Positions 42,591 through 51,916 of a stretch of DNA of 64,000 nucleotides are shown here, piece by piece. A model generated the notes under the pieces. The model was not told where the DNA came from and ran no database searches. It saw nothing but the letters and a program-made list of their open reading frames with translations. The stretch comes from Gammaproteobacteria bacterium (lineage in GTDB: Bacteria > Pseudomonadota > Gammaproteobacteria > Ga0077536): assembly GCA_963662545.2 (NCBI GenBank), contig CAXXLL010000003.1, positions 448,001 through 512,000 of the forward strand, given 5' to 3'. Each line of letters starts with the position of its first letter. Position 1 is the first letter of the stretch. Position numbers and translations under genes: made by a program.

Positions 42591-43651
42591 CGATCGTCGA
42601 ACGTTACCTCGCTCTCAATTTCGTAAAGGCGGCCGGCTTGGTGCTGATGCTGTTGTTGGCGCTGTTCAGCTTCTTGGGCTTTGCCGAGGCGTTGGAAGAC
42701 GTCGGCAGTGGAAGCTTTACCACCGCGGATGCCGTTTCCGTCGTTTTTCTCACCACCCCGAAACGAATTGCCGACTTATTGCCGGTCAGTGCCTTTCTCG
42801 GGGCCTTACTCGGACTGGGCGCGATGGCCAACCACCGCGAAATAATCGTGATGCGAATCGCCGGCCTGTCGCCCTGGCGGCTTGCGCGCGGTCCATGCGC
42901 TGCCGCCTTCGGACTGATATTCGTCACCGTCATTTTGCAGAATTACGTCATTCCGACGGTCGAACGCCAGGCTCAGGAATTCCGTTCCAAAACTCTGCCC
43001 CAGACGGCGCTAGGGGGCGGAACTGAATTCTGGAGCCGGCACGACAATCGATTTATCCGGGTCGGCGGCGTCGAGTTTGGACGCATTCCACAAGAGATTG
43101 AAATTTATGAAATCGGGCCGCACGGTCGTTTGCAGCGTATGCTGCAGGCACACAGGGCGGACATTATCGATGAGCAGACATGGATGCTGTTCGGGGTGCA
43201 AGAGAAAATTCTGGGGGACGATGCCATCAGGTACCGCGTCCTCGACGAACTCGAATGGCAGAGTTTTCTGAGCCGCGAGCAGTTGTCCACGCTGCAGGCT
43301 CCGGCTTATTCGCTGTCGTCCACCGATCTCTATCGTTATATCCGTGCGATGGAGGGCAGCGGTGTCAACACCCGCCAATACGAATCGATCTTCTGGCGGC
43401 AGGTCAGCGTACCGGTGGCATTGCTCGCGATGACTCTACTCGGCCTGCCTTTCGTAATCGGATCGGTGCAATCACATTCCAGTGGATTCCGGGTCGTCAT
43501 TGGTGCTGCCGTTGGGATCGGATTTTATCTACTCGAACAGATGACCGGGCACCTCTCCACGATATTGGAAATTCCCGCCGCTCCGTCGGCCCTGTTGCCT
43601 GCAATACTGGCACTGATCGCCGCACTGATTGGACTCAAACGCTTGTCTTAA
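42587..43651 (+). CDS. lptG: LptG-family permease (cluster-associated paralog)
   Basis: IVERYL, LGALLGLGAMANH.E..VMR.AGLS; ATG overlaps the lptF stop. Confidence 0.88.
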   Translation: MTIVERYLALNFVKAAGLVLMLLLALFSFLGFAEALEDVGSGSFTTADAVSVVFLTTPKRIADLLPVSAFLGALLGLGAMANHREIIVMRIAGLSPWRLARGPCAAAFGLIFVTVILQNYVIPTVERQAQEFRSKTLPQTALGGGTEFWSRHDNRFIRVGGVEFGRIPQEIEIYEIGPHGRLQRMLQAHRADIIDEQTWMLFGVQEKILGDDAIRYRVLDELEWQSFLSREQLSTLQAPAYSLSSTDLYRYIRAMEGSGVNTRQYESIFWRQVSVPVALLAMTLLGLPFVIGSVQSHSSGFRVVIGAAVGIGFYLLEQMTGHLSTILEIPAAPSALLPAILALIAALIGLKRLS

Positions 43652-43668
43652 TGGGCGCTGACCACGCT

Positions 43669-44547
43669 TCAAGCGTACCGCTTCTCGATCCCCCAGCTCT
43701 GCTCCGACAATACGATCGCCGTGCCGTTGTCATCGACAGATTTGAGTCTGCCCGTCACCTGCCATTGCGTCTCGCTTGCTTGAACGTCGAAGGTGCGAAA
43801 CGATGCGCGGTTGCGCCCAGAAACGCGTGAAGCGGAAGCGCTGGCCATGACGCGCGTGCGGTCTTCGACGACCGTTTCGCGATTACAGTGAACGTGACCG
43901 TGCAATACGAGTTCGACACCATGCTTCCGTATCAAACCTTCTAGCAGCGCAGCATCGGCGAGCGCCTTACGCCGCGGAACTTGACCGACGAGCGGCGGAT
44001 GATGTAGACCGAGGCAGCGAAAGGTCCCGCTTGTCTCGTGCAGAATACGGTCGAGCTTTTCGATCTGGGCACGGCCGATTTTTCCGCCGGCCGACCATAT
44101 CGGCATTGGCAGCGCCGAAGATAATCCGATGAACGATACCAAGCCTTTATGAAGTACGCTTGGAAATCCATTGTGATCATTGGGTTGGATGTTGAGGAAC
44201 CGGGCCCACTGCTCATAGACATGATCGATGGAGTCGGACCGATAACAGTCGTGATTGCCCGGGACCAGCACGACCTGCGTGTGCTCGCTCAGCTGCTCCA
44301 GCCATTCGCGTGCGCGAGCGGTTTCCGCGGGCAACCCGAGGTGGACGAGATCCCCCGTGACGAAAGTGACGTCCGGATCATCGGCAATAAGTGCGCACGT
44401 GATTCGACCCAGCATCTCTGCACGATACTGGCGGCGCCGGTTGCGCCACCATGACAGATAGCCCAACCGGCGCTTACCTTTGAGCGCGAACGGCGATATG
44501 CCATCGAGCGATGTCAGGTGCGGGTCGGTCAGATGAGCGATGCGCAT
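43669..44547 (-). CDS. calcineurin-like metallophosphoesterase
   Basis: DPH, GDL, GNHD, HHPP and HGHVH. Confidence 0.9.
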   Translation of the reverse strand: MRIAHLTDPHLTSLDGISPFALKGKRRLGYLSWWRNRRRQYRAEMLGRITCALIADDPDVTFVTGDLVHLGLPAETARAREWLEQLSEHTQVVLVPGNHDCYRSDSIDHVYEQWARFLNIQPNDHNGFPSVLHKGLVSFIGLSSALPMPIWSAGGKIGRAQIEKLDRILHETSGTFRCLGLHHPPLVGQVPRRKALADAALLEGLIRKHGVELVLHGHVHCNRETVVEDRTRVMASASASRVSGRNRASFRTFDVQASETQWQVTGRLKSVDDNGTAIVLSEQSWGIEKRYA

Positions 44548-44633
44548 GTGCGCCTATTGGAACTTTGCCGATGTATGATATAAGCGATTATAATCAAAAG
44601 GTTTTTTAGCGACGCGAGAGCTTGCAGTATAGC

Positions 44634-45827
44634 ATGGGCACGGCCGCCTACATCGTGGGATCTACGGACCAGCAACTCTGGGGCATTACCTCACGTGAAC
44701 GCATTGAACGGCAGCTTCGCGCAGCGGGGATCGACAAAATCACCGATGATCTTTGCTGGTCGGCCGGTACGGATAGCGTGCTTCTTTTAAACGCCGGATA
44801 CCTGTTCGAAGTGCGCACGCTCGTCGGACTTATACAGCACCGGCAGACCCTGCTCGAGTGCGCGGAAGACGAGAATATCGCAGCGGCGCATGTCGACACC
44901 GCACGCGCCATCGCATGCCTCGATGTCATCACTCACGCAAACGCAACACGCCCGCCCGATATGGCCGTCTTGAAACCGCAGAGTTTAGACGGCTTCGACG
45001 GAGATTTACGCAAGGTCGAACCGCCATTACTGAAGCCGGTCACGGCCGAGAATCGAATCCTACTGGAAGACCATTTGTATGGTAATTCGTACAAGGGCAT
45101 AACAGATTTGGTGACCAAGTGGTTATGGCCGCGTCCCGCAAGACACTTCGTCAAATGGTGCACCCTGGCCGGTATTTCACCGAACATGGTGACCGTCACC
45201 AGTTTGTTCCTGGTTATCGCGGCAAGCTGGTTGTTCTTGCACGGTCATTATGCGAGTGGTCTTGCATGCGGCTGGGTGATGACACTGCTCGACACGGTCG
45301 ATGGCAAGCTCGCGCGCGTCACGATCCGAAGCAGCCGCTTCGGCCACGTGCTGGATCACGGGATGGATATCATTCACCCACCGTTCTGGTATGTGTTCTG
45401 GGGAATGGGTCTCGCGGGTTTCGAGAGTTTCTTCGGTGTCGGGCGCCCAGAGCTCTACTGGCTGATCGTCGTCGGCTACATTGCAGGCCGTGTGATCGAA
45501 GCCCTATTCCATGCGTTGGGCCATTGCAGCATGTTCGCGTGGCGGCCATTCGACGCCTACTTCCGCCTCTACACGGCACGCCGGAACCCCTGCTTGATCA
45601 TTCTCACGGCCGCACTGTTGATCGGGCGTCCCGACATTGGATTGTTCGGGGTCGCGCTGTGGACGATCGTGAGCAGCGCGATCATGCTTGTTCGCCTCGT
45701 CTATGCCACAGGGGTGCGAATTCGAAGCGAACCACTGGAATCATGGCTCAAGGATCCAGCTGCAGCACAAGCGAAACACGCCGCAGCCTACGAGACCTTT
45801 TCGGGCACCCGTCGCGCTTATGGATGA
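44634..45827 (+). CDS. CDP-alcohol phosphatidyltransferase (CpgA-like)
   Basis: YKGITDLVTKW.WP, SPN.VT, D..DGKLAR.....S.FG..LDHG.D and ARRNP. Confidence 0.85.
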   Translation: MGTAAYIVGSTDQQLWGITSRERIERQLRAAGIDKITDDLCWSAGTDSVLLLNAGYLFEVRTLVGLIQHRQTLLECAEDENIAAAHVDTARAIACLDVITHANATRPPDMAVLKPQSLDGFDGDLRKVEPPLLKPVTAENRILLEDHLYGNSYKGITDLVTKWLWPRPARHFVKWCTLAGISPNMVTVTSLFLVIAASWLFLHGHYASGLACGWVMTLLDTVDGKLARVTIRSSRFGHVLDHGMDIIHPPFWYVFWGMGLAGFESFFGVGRPELYWLIVVGYIAGRVIEALFHALGHCSMFAWRPFDAYFRLYTARRNPCLIILTAALLIGRPDIGLFGVALWTIVSSAIMLVRLVYATGVRIRSEPLESWLKDPAAAQAKHAAAYETFSGTRRAYG

Positions 45828-46740
45828 TAGCCCGCTGATCCTCGATCTCGATCATGATGCGGACGCGGACCTATGGGTCCGCCTATTCGTCACCGAACTA
45901 ATCGACCGACACGGCGATGCCGTGTCCGCAATTCTCCTTTACGGTTCACACGTACGCGGCAAACGAGATACCGTGCTCGACTTCTATGTGCTGCTGAACG
46001 ACTACACTCAGGGTATTACTGGAGTTTTTCATCAGATCGCTAACCGCATATTGCCGCCGAACGTTTACCATTTGACCTTGGAAAAAGGCGATCGAAGTTG
46101 CGCCGCGAAGTTTGCGACAGTCACGCTCGCGCAATTTGAACACGGGATCAGCCGTCGGTTTCATTCCTACTTTTGGGCACGTTTTGCGCAACCCTTTGTC
46201 CTCGCTTACGCGCGGAACGCATCGGTCAAGCAGCGCCTGAGGGACGCCGGACGCGCCGCGGCACGCCGCATGATGGAGTCGGTCATTCCGGTGCTGCCGC
46301 CGGAATTTTCGACCGAAGCATTGTGGCAGCGTGCCTTTGCGCTTACTTATGATTGTGAGCTTCGAGCCGAAGGCAACGGCAAGGCTGCAGAATTGTTCGC
46401 CGCATACGCCGTGCCCTTGGCGGCGGTTACCGACGCGCTAGCACCAGAATTGGCATTATCCAGGAGCGGTGAACAGCGCTGGCGATCCGAGCTGTCCGGT
46501 GCGCGCCGTCACGCGGCCACATGGTCCTGGCGGCTGCGTCGTGTCGAGGGAAAACTGCTGTCCGTCGCGCGCTTGTTCAAGGCGGCCTTCACCTTTAATG
46601 ACCCGCTCGACTACATCCTGTGGAAGGTTGAACGCCACTCCGGTATCCATATGGAACCGACCGCCCTGCAGCGCCGCCACCCTTTGATTTTCTCCTGGGG
46701 TCTTCTGTGGCGACTCTATCGTCTCGGCGGATTCAAATAA
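45820..46740 (+). CDS. nucleotidyltransferase-fold protein (CpgC/Tam41-like)
   Basis: LLYGS......LDFY, LPPNVY, WARFAQP, ELRAE, KAAFTF...LDY.LWK.ERHSG. Confidence 0.72.
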   Translation: MDDSPLILDLDHDADADLWVRLFVTELIDRHGDAVSAILLYGSHVRGKRDTVLDFYVLLNDYTQGITGVFHQIANRILPPNVYHLTLEKGDRSCAAKFATVTLAQFEHGISRRFHSYFWARFAQPFVLAYARNASVKQRLRDAGRAAARRMMESVIPVLPPEFSTEALWQRAFALTYDCELRAEGNGKAAELFAAYAVPLAAVTDALAPELALSRSGEQRWRSELSGARRHAATWSWRLRRVEGKLLSVARLFKAAFTFNDPLDYILWKVERHSGIHMEPTALQRRHPLIFSWGLLWRLYRLGGFK

Positions 46741-46741
46741 A

Positions 46742-46902
46742 GGAACCTCTGAATAAGTCATGATGCGTCTGAATGGTTCATGAACAGTGCAGATCAAGGC
46801 ACGAATCGCAGGCCATAGCGGGGACTAGGGCTAAGGTTCGTAACGCCGAACTGCGCGATTTCACGGACAAGGCAGATGTACCATGACCTATTCAGAGGTT
46901 CC
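46742..46902. mobile_element. MITE-like element family A, copy 1
   Basis: TIRs GGAACCTCTGAATAAGTCATG / CATGACCTATTCAGAGGTTCC; further copies at 51471 and 55699. Confidence 0.88.
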
Positions 46903-46923
46903 TAAACGTTACGCCGCATCGCC

Positions 46924-48094
46924 TCAGATCCCCAATTCTCGGGTGACGCCGGCGAAGGCGTCGATGATGGCGTCGATTTGCGCGACGGTATGGGCGGCGG
47001 TCACGCTGCACCGGATGAGGCTACCACCGTCGGGGGCGGCGGGCGGCAAAATCAGGTTGGTGTAGACACCGACCGCCAATAACGCCTGCCACCCGATCGT
47101 TCAGTGCGATGCCGATGACCGGACTGATGTGCGGGCCGACATTGAGCTGTAGTTTTTCGAGCGCGGGATAAAGACGGTTTGCGTTTGCCCATACCCTCTC
47201 ACGCAGCTCGGGACGGTTCTGTATCTGTCGCAATGCTTCGCGGGTGGTTGCGACAACCGAGGGGCACGGCGACGCCGTGAATATGTAGGGCCGGCTGGCG
47301 TAACGAAAAAGCGTCAGCTCTTCATGGCGGCTTGCGCAGAATCCCCCGATGGATCCAAGGCTCTTGCTGAATGTGCCAACGATGAAGTCTACGGCCTCCT
47401 CGACCTCCATGTGTTCGGCAAGCCCGCGACCGTGGTCGCCATAAATCCCCAATGAGTGCGCTTCGTCGACAAAGAGATAGCCGCCGTATTCGGCTTTGAC
47501 CTCCGCAAACTCGGCCAAAGGTGCACAGTCCCCGCGGATGCTGTAGAGCCCCTCGACGACGATCAAGGCATCGCGAGCGCGCTCACCGAGACGGCGCATG
47601 CGATTGGCGAGGCCGCCGGGATCGTTGTGCTTGAAACGATACACATCGGCACCGCTCAAACGGCAGCCATCGTACAAACTGGCATGCGCTTCTGCATCGA
47701 GCAGAGCGGCATCGCCAGGTTCTAGAAGCGCTGCCAAAGCCCCGAGATTGGCCGCGTAGCCGGTCGAAAACACCATCGCATACGGCGTTCCAAAAAATGC
47801 GGCCAACTCCTCTTCCAATTCCAGGTGCTCGCGATAAGTGCCATTGGCCATGCGTGACCCGGTCGTACCCGTGCCTGATTCCACAAGCGCCGCGCGACCG
47901 GCCTCGATGCAATCCGGATCAAAGGTTAATCCGAGGTAATTGTTCGACCCGGCCATGATCGTCGGTCGCCCGGCAATGACGGCTTCGGTTGCGGACAACA
48001 CGCGTTCAATTACAACGTTGGTAGGATTGACCGGTGCAGCGGACAGTTCATCGCGCACACGCGCCGCATTTGCGAACTTGTCGCTGAGGCTCAC
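46924..48094 (-). CDS. spt: serine palmitoyltransferase (AOS family), apparent frameshift near 47095
   Basis: GSNNYLGL, GTGTTGSRMANGT, DEAHS and GTFSKS; the C-terminus WQALL..GVYTNL.LPPA.P...LIRCSVTAAH...* continues in another frame to the TGA at 46924. Confidence 0.88.
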
Positions 48095-48101
48095 TGTACG
48101 A

Positions 48102-48362
48102 TCAACCCTTCGCTAAGTTTTCCACGACGGCCGCCAGATCACTGATCGTATGTGCGTCGGCGAGTGCATCTTCCTTGATGACGAGATCGAAGCGGTCCTC
48201 AACCTCGCATAAATATTCGATGATCTGGATTGATTCGAGACCGAGATCGCCCACCAGACTGGTGTCGGGCGTAATAAGGGGCGGGTCATTCAGCGCAGCA
48301 CGGAGCAAGCGTATCAGCTCTTCTTCGATGGCACCGCGCTCGATCTTCAACTCAGAGTTCAA
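48102..48362 (-). CDS. acyl carrier protein of the sphingolipid cluster
   Basis: DLGLES..IIE..CEVEDRFDL; TTG start with GGGGAAG RBS; directly upstream of spt. Confidence 0.85.
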   Translation of the reverse strand: MNSELKIERGAIEEELIRLLRAALNDPPLITPDTSLVGDLGLESIQIIEYLCEVEDRFDLVIKEDALADAHTISDLAAVVENLAKG

Positions 48363-48384
48363 GACCCATACTTCCCCTGTCAGT

Positions 48385-49323
48385 TTACGCGGCGAACAAC
48401 CGGTGCACGCCTTCTTCCAGCTGAACTTTAGGCGTCCAGCCGGTGATCGATGTGAACGGTCCATTATCGCAGAGCCAGCTTTCCTGAGAAAGCTCGCGCA
48501 CCTTGCCGGGCGTCAGCATGGGCGCGCGCCGCAGGCAGCGCGCGCTGAAAAGGTTGAGGTGGCCGAGTATCGCCAGGATCCGCCGCGGCACGACTACCTT
48601 CAAGATCGGGCGCCGGCCCTGGCTGGACGCAATGATGTCGGGCCAGCCGTAGCCGCCTTTGCGCCCGTCGTCGATTTCAAATATCCGTCCGGCACAGGGT
48701 TCCGGACAACGCAGCCAACTGACGACCGCGCTCACCAGATCATCGACGTGCAATAAGGACAAACGCTGGTGAGCCGGACCTACGATCAGCCCCAGACCGG
48801 CACGCATCGAGCGAAACAGAGGCAGCATTTCCCTGTCACCCGGACCATAGACCGCAGGCGGGCGCAGGATCGCCCACTCGATCCCCTCGAAGGCCTTGAG
48901 CACACGTTCGCCTTCGCGTTTGCTGCGCGCATAGTGGGAGAGTTCCGGGCGCGTGGCCGCCAAAGACGAGATCAAGAGCAGGCGCGCAGCGGGAGAACGA
49001 TCGGAAATCGCCTCGCAAACGGTCCGTAAACCGTCGACGTTGGCTGCCGCAAAATCACTAAAATCACGCCCACGAACGGCGCCCGCAGCATAAATGACAG
49101 CGTCCACCCCATGCAGCGCTGCAGTGAGGCCGGGACCGTCATCAAGCGCAACTTCACTGACTTCAACGCCTTCGGCCACCCTGTCGCGGTTGCTAGAACG
49201 CGGCCGGACTAACGCGCGCACGGGGAAGCCGTCCGCCGCCAAGCGGCACTGAAGTTGAAATCCTATGAAGCCTGTTGCCCCAGTCAGGGCGATGCGTGAG
49301 GTGCCGCGAGAATCGTCACCCAT
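48385..49323 (-). CDS. extended SDR, ceramide reductase (CerR)-like
   Basis: TGATGFIG, ISSLAA, YARSK and RPPAVYGPGD; lies between FAAL and acp. Confidence 0.8.
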   Translation of the reverse strand: MGDDSRGTSRIALTGATGFIGFQLQCRLAADGFPVRALVRPRSSNRDRVAEGVEVSEVALDDGPGLTAALHGVDAVIYAAGAVRGRDFSDFAAANVDGLRTVCEAISDRSPAARLLLISSLAATRPELSHYARSKREGERVLKAFEGIEWAILRPPAVYGPGDREMLPLFRSMRAGLGLIVGPAHQRLSLLHVDDLVSAVVSWLRCPEPCAGRIFEIDDGRKGGYGWPDIIASSQGRRPILKVVVPRRILAILGHLNLFSARCLRRAPMLTPGKVRELSQESWLCDNGPFTSITGWTPKVQLEEGVHRLFAA

Positions 49324-51067
49324 TCGCGCCCGCGACGTTGCGGGACCCGCTCTCCATGCGTGCAAGGAAATCCTGCTTCGCCTTGGAGCGGGACAATTTG
49401 CCGGACGAGGTGCGTGGTAGCGTACGTGGGGGCACGAGATCGATATGGCAGTTGATTCCGAAATGCGATCCGATCCGCGTCTGCAATTCGTCTGTCAAAT
49501 CTCGGGCTTTCGCCGGGTTGGATTCGCGCGATTCGACTACCATGACGACTTGATCGACGCCGGAGTCGTCGGCAAACGAGAATGCGGAGACATTGCCGAA
49601 GCGAACCCCCGGCAGGCTTTCGGCGAGATATTCGAGGTCGTGCGGCCAGATGTTGCGTCCGTTGACGATGATGACGTCTTTACGACGCGCCGTTACAACG
49701 ACATGCTGGCCCACGCGGTAGCCAATATCGCCGGTATCGAGCCAACCGTCTTCTGACAAAACTTCGGCGGTGGCGTCGTGGTTTTGAAAATAACCCTGCA
49801 TAACGCTTGGTCCGCGAACACAGATGCGTCCGCACTGATAATTGGGGAGATCTGATCCTTGGTCATCGCGAATCGCCATCTCGAAACTCGGCAGGATCTT
49901 GCCGCAGTCGACGAAGGTGAGTGCACTCTGAGGCGTGGCGTCGGCGTCATCCGAGATGATTTCGACTCGTCCTTCGGTCGCCATGATTTCCTTGTCGACT
50001 TTGACCGCGTCGATGCCCACGTCGAGCGGAGCGATGCTGATGGCGAGCGCGCATTCGGCCATGCCGTAGCAGGCAACGAATGCCTTCGCATCAAACTTTG
50101 CGGGTTTGAGCACGTGTGCAAACTGTCGCAGGGGTTCGGGATGAATCCGCTCCGCGCCCACGCAGGCTATACGCCAGGAACTCAAATCGTAGCGATCCTG
50201 ATCGGTCAGGCGCAGCCGTTTTGCGCACAGCGCATAACCGAACGGTGGCGCCGATGAAATGGTGCCGCGATTCTGCGAGATCACTTTCAGCCACAGTCGC
50301 GGGCGCATCGCAAAAGTTCGCGGGCTCAGATAATCGGCCGAAAGCTGGCTGCCCAGCGGCAACAGGACGAAACCCACCAGGCCCATATCGTGGTAAAGCG
50401 GCAACCAGGCAACCAGGCGATCCTGGCGCCTAATCTTGAGGCCGTGCGTCGTGATATCGCGCAGATTGGTCAGCACGGTATGTTGAGAAATTTCCACGCC
50501 GCGCGGGAAACGCGTGCTTCCGGAAGTGTACTGCAGGTAGGCTGTTTCGTCGGCGCGCAGGGGTTCGAGTTCGATGTCACATTCAGGCAGGCTGTCGAAT
50601 TCTTCGGGTGTGCCCGCCTGTACAAGATCAAGGCGTTCTACCGCTTGTTTGAGAAATCCGATGTGCGATTCCGGAGCCACCGCGATATCCGCGCCGCAGC
50701 TGTCGAGCATGCGTTCGAGCTGTTCAACATAGGCTGCACGCGCGCCGAGTTGAAATCCTGCGGGCAGCGCCACCGGGATGTATCCGGCGTACTGGCAGGC
50801 GAAGAAAAATCGGTGAAACATGGGCTCGGTTTCGGCGATGACCGCGACCCGGCTGCCGCGCTTACACCCCAGGCCGAGCAGGCGCCTGGCGAGTTTCCGG
50901 GCTTCGTCCCGGAGCTCTCGATAGCTCAATACAGCGAACAATTCGCCGCGACCATCGTAGAAGTTGTACCCGGTCTGACCCTCAGCCGCGTACTCCAGGG
51001 CCTCGACAAGGGTGTCGAAACTGGCGTTGCGCAACGGCAATAAGTCGTTGATTTCCGTGGCTTTCAT
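49316..51067 (-). CDS. fatty acyl-AMP ligase / acyl-ACP synthetase
   Basis: YLQYTSGSTRFPRG, WLPLYHDMGLVG, YGMAE, DTGD and PRTSSGK. Confidence 0.92.
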   Translation of the reverse strand: MKATEINDLLPLRNASFDTLVEALEYAAEGQTGYNFYDGRGELFAVLSYRELRDEARKLARRLLGLGCKRGSRVAVIAETEPMFHRFFFACQYAGYIPVALPAGFQLGARAAYVEQLERMLDSCGADIAVAPESHIGFLKQAVERLDLVQAGTPEEFDSLPECDIELEPLRADETAYLQYTSGSTRFPRGVEISQHTVLTNLRDITTHGLKIRRQDRLVAWLPLYHDMGLVGFVLLPLGSQLSADYLSPRTFAMRPRLWLKVISQNRGTISSAPPFGYALCAKRLRLTDQDRYDLSSWRIACVGAERIHPEPLRQFAHVLKPAKFDAKAFVACYGMAECALAISIAPLDVGIDAVKVDKEIMATEGRVEIISDDADATPQSALTFVDCGKILPSFEMAIRDDQGSDLPNYQCGRICVRGPSVMQGYFQNHDATAEVLSEDGWLDTGDIGYRVGQHVVVTARRKDVIIVNGRNIWPHDLEYLAESLPGVRFGNVSAFSFADDSGVDQVVMVVESRESNPAKARDLTDELQTRIGSHFGINCHIDLVPPRTLPRTSSGKLSRSKAKQDFLARMESGSRNVAGANG

Positions 51068-51470
51068 GGTGAATTAGAGCCTGATTCTAGACACTGAATC
51101 GACGAATGCACGCATTGCTCGTTCGTCTCCCCCTTGATGCAGCGCTGGGGATTATAACCGCTTCGTGACGTTTGTGAGATAGTTAATTTAAATTCCACAT
51201 TAAAAACGGAATTCCACCGGTCGACGGCTTGCGGCGAGCGGGTAATTTAAGTGTGGCGGCCATTTCCCCGATTCAACACGAAAATTCTGCCATCCGGGAG
51301 GTTAAAGCAGCGTTAAATCATCACCCAAGCGAATGGGCAGGAAATTCACGCGAGTACGAAACCACTAGGGGCAGCGCAAAGTTATAGCCATTGCTATGCG
51401 AAGAGGCAATGAAGCTAAACCTCAAACCAAGAGGGAGTATAAAGCACAAACTGCGAAGCGAGAAACTTAA

Positions 51471-51632
51471 GGAACCTCTGAATAAGTCATGGTGGGTCTG
51501 AATGGTTCATGCAATGGTGCAGATCAAGGCACGAAGCGCAGGCCATAGCGGGGACTATGGGCAAGGTTCGTAACGCCGAGCTGCGCAATTGCATGGGCCA
51601 GGCAGATGTGCCATGACTTATTCAGAGGTTCC
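51471..51632. mobile_element. MITE-like element family A, copy 2
   Basis: GGAACCTCTGAATAAGTCATGG ... CCATGACTTATTCAGAGGTTCC, flanked by TTAA and CTAA. Confidence 0.9.
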
Positions 51633-51916
51633 CTAAATTTGTTTGCCGTGTCTGGGTTGGTTCGGCGCCCCGGATAATTGGAAGAAGTTTGTGGTCAGGA
51701 ATTTGATGTGCGATTCAGCAACGAACTGAGTCGTTATCGCGTCGCGCTGGAAATAAAAAAAGATGGAAAGCACAAAGCACGAGACCTTGGGGGTGAAAGG
51801 TTGGGGATCGCAACGAATAGAACCTTGGTTTTGATTCTTGGTTCGTTACGCTCGGCTTCGTGCTTTCCAAGTTGATGGGCTAAAAAAACTTCGTTTTTCA
51901 CCAGCTTGCTAAAGGC

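Noticed and set aside
46924-48094. Annotation as 8-amino-7-oxononanoate synthase (bioF) or kbl
   Set aside because: The GTGTTGSRMANGT motif and the acp/SDR/FAAL/GNAT context fit Spt; no bio or tdh genes are nearby
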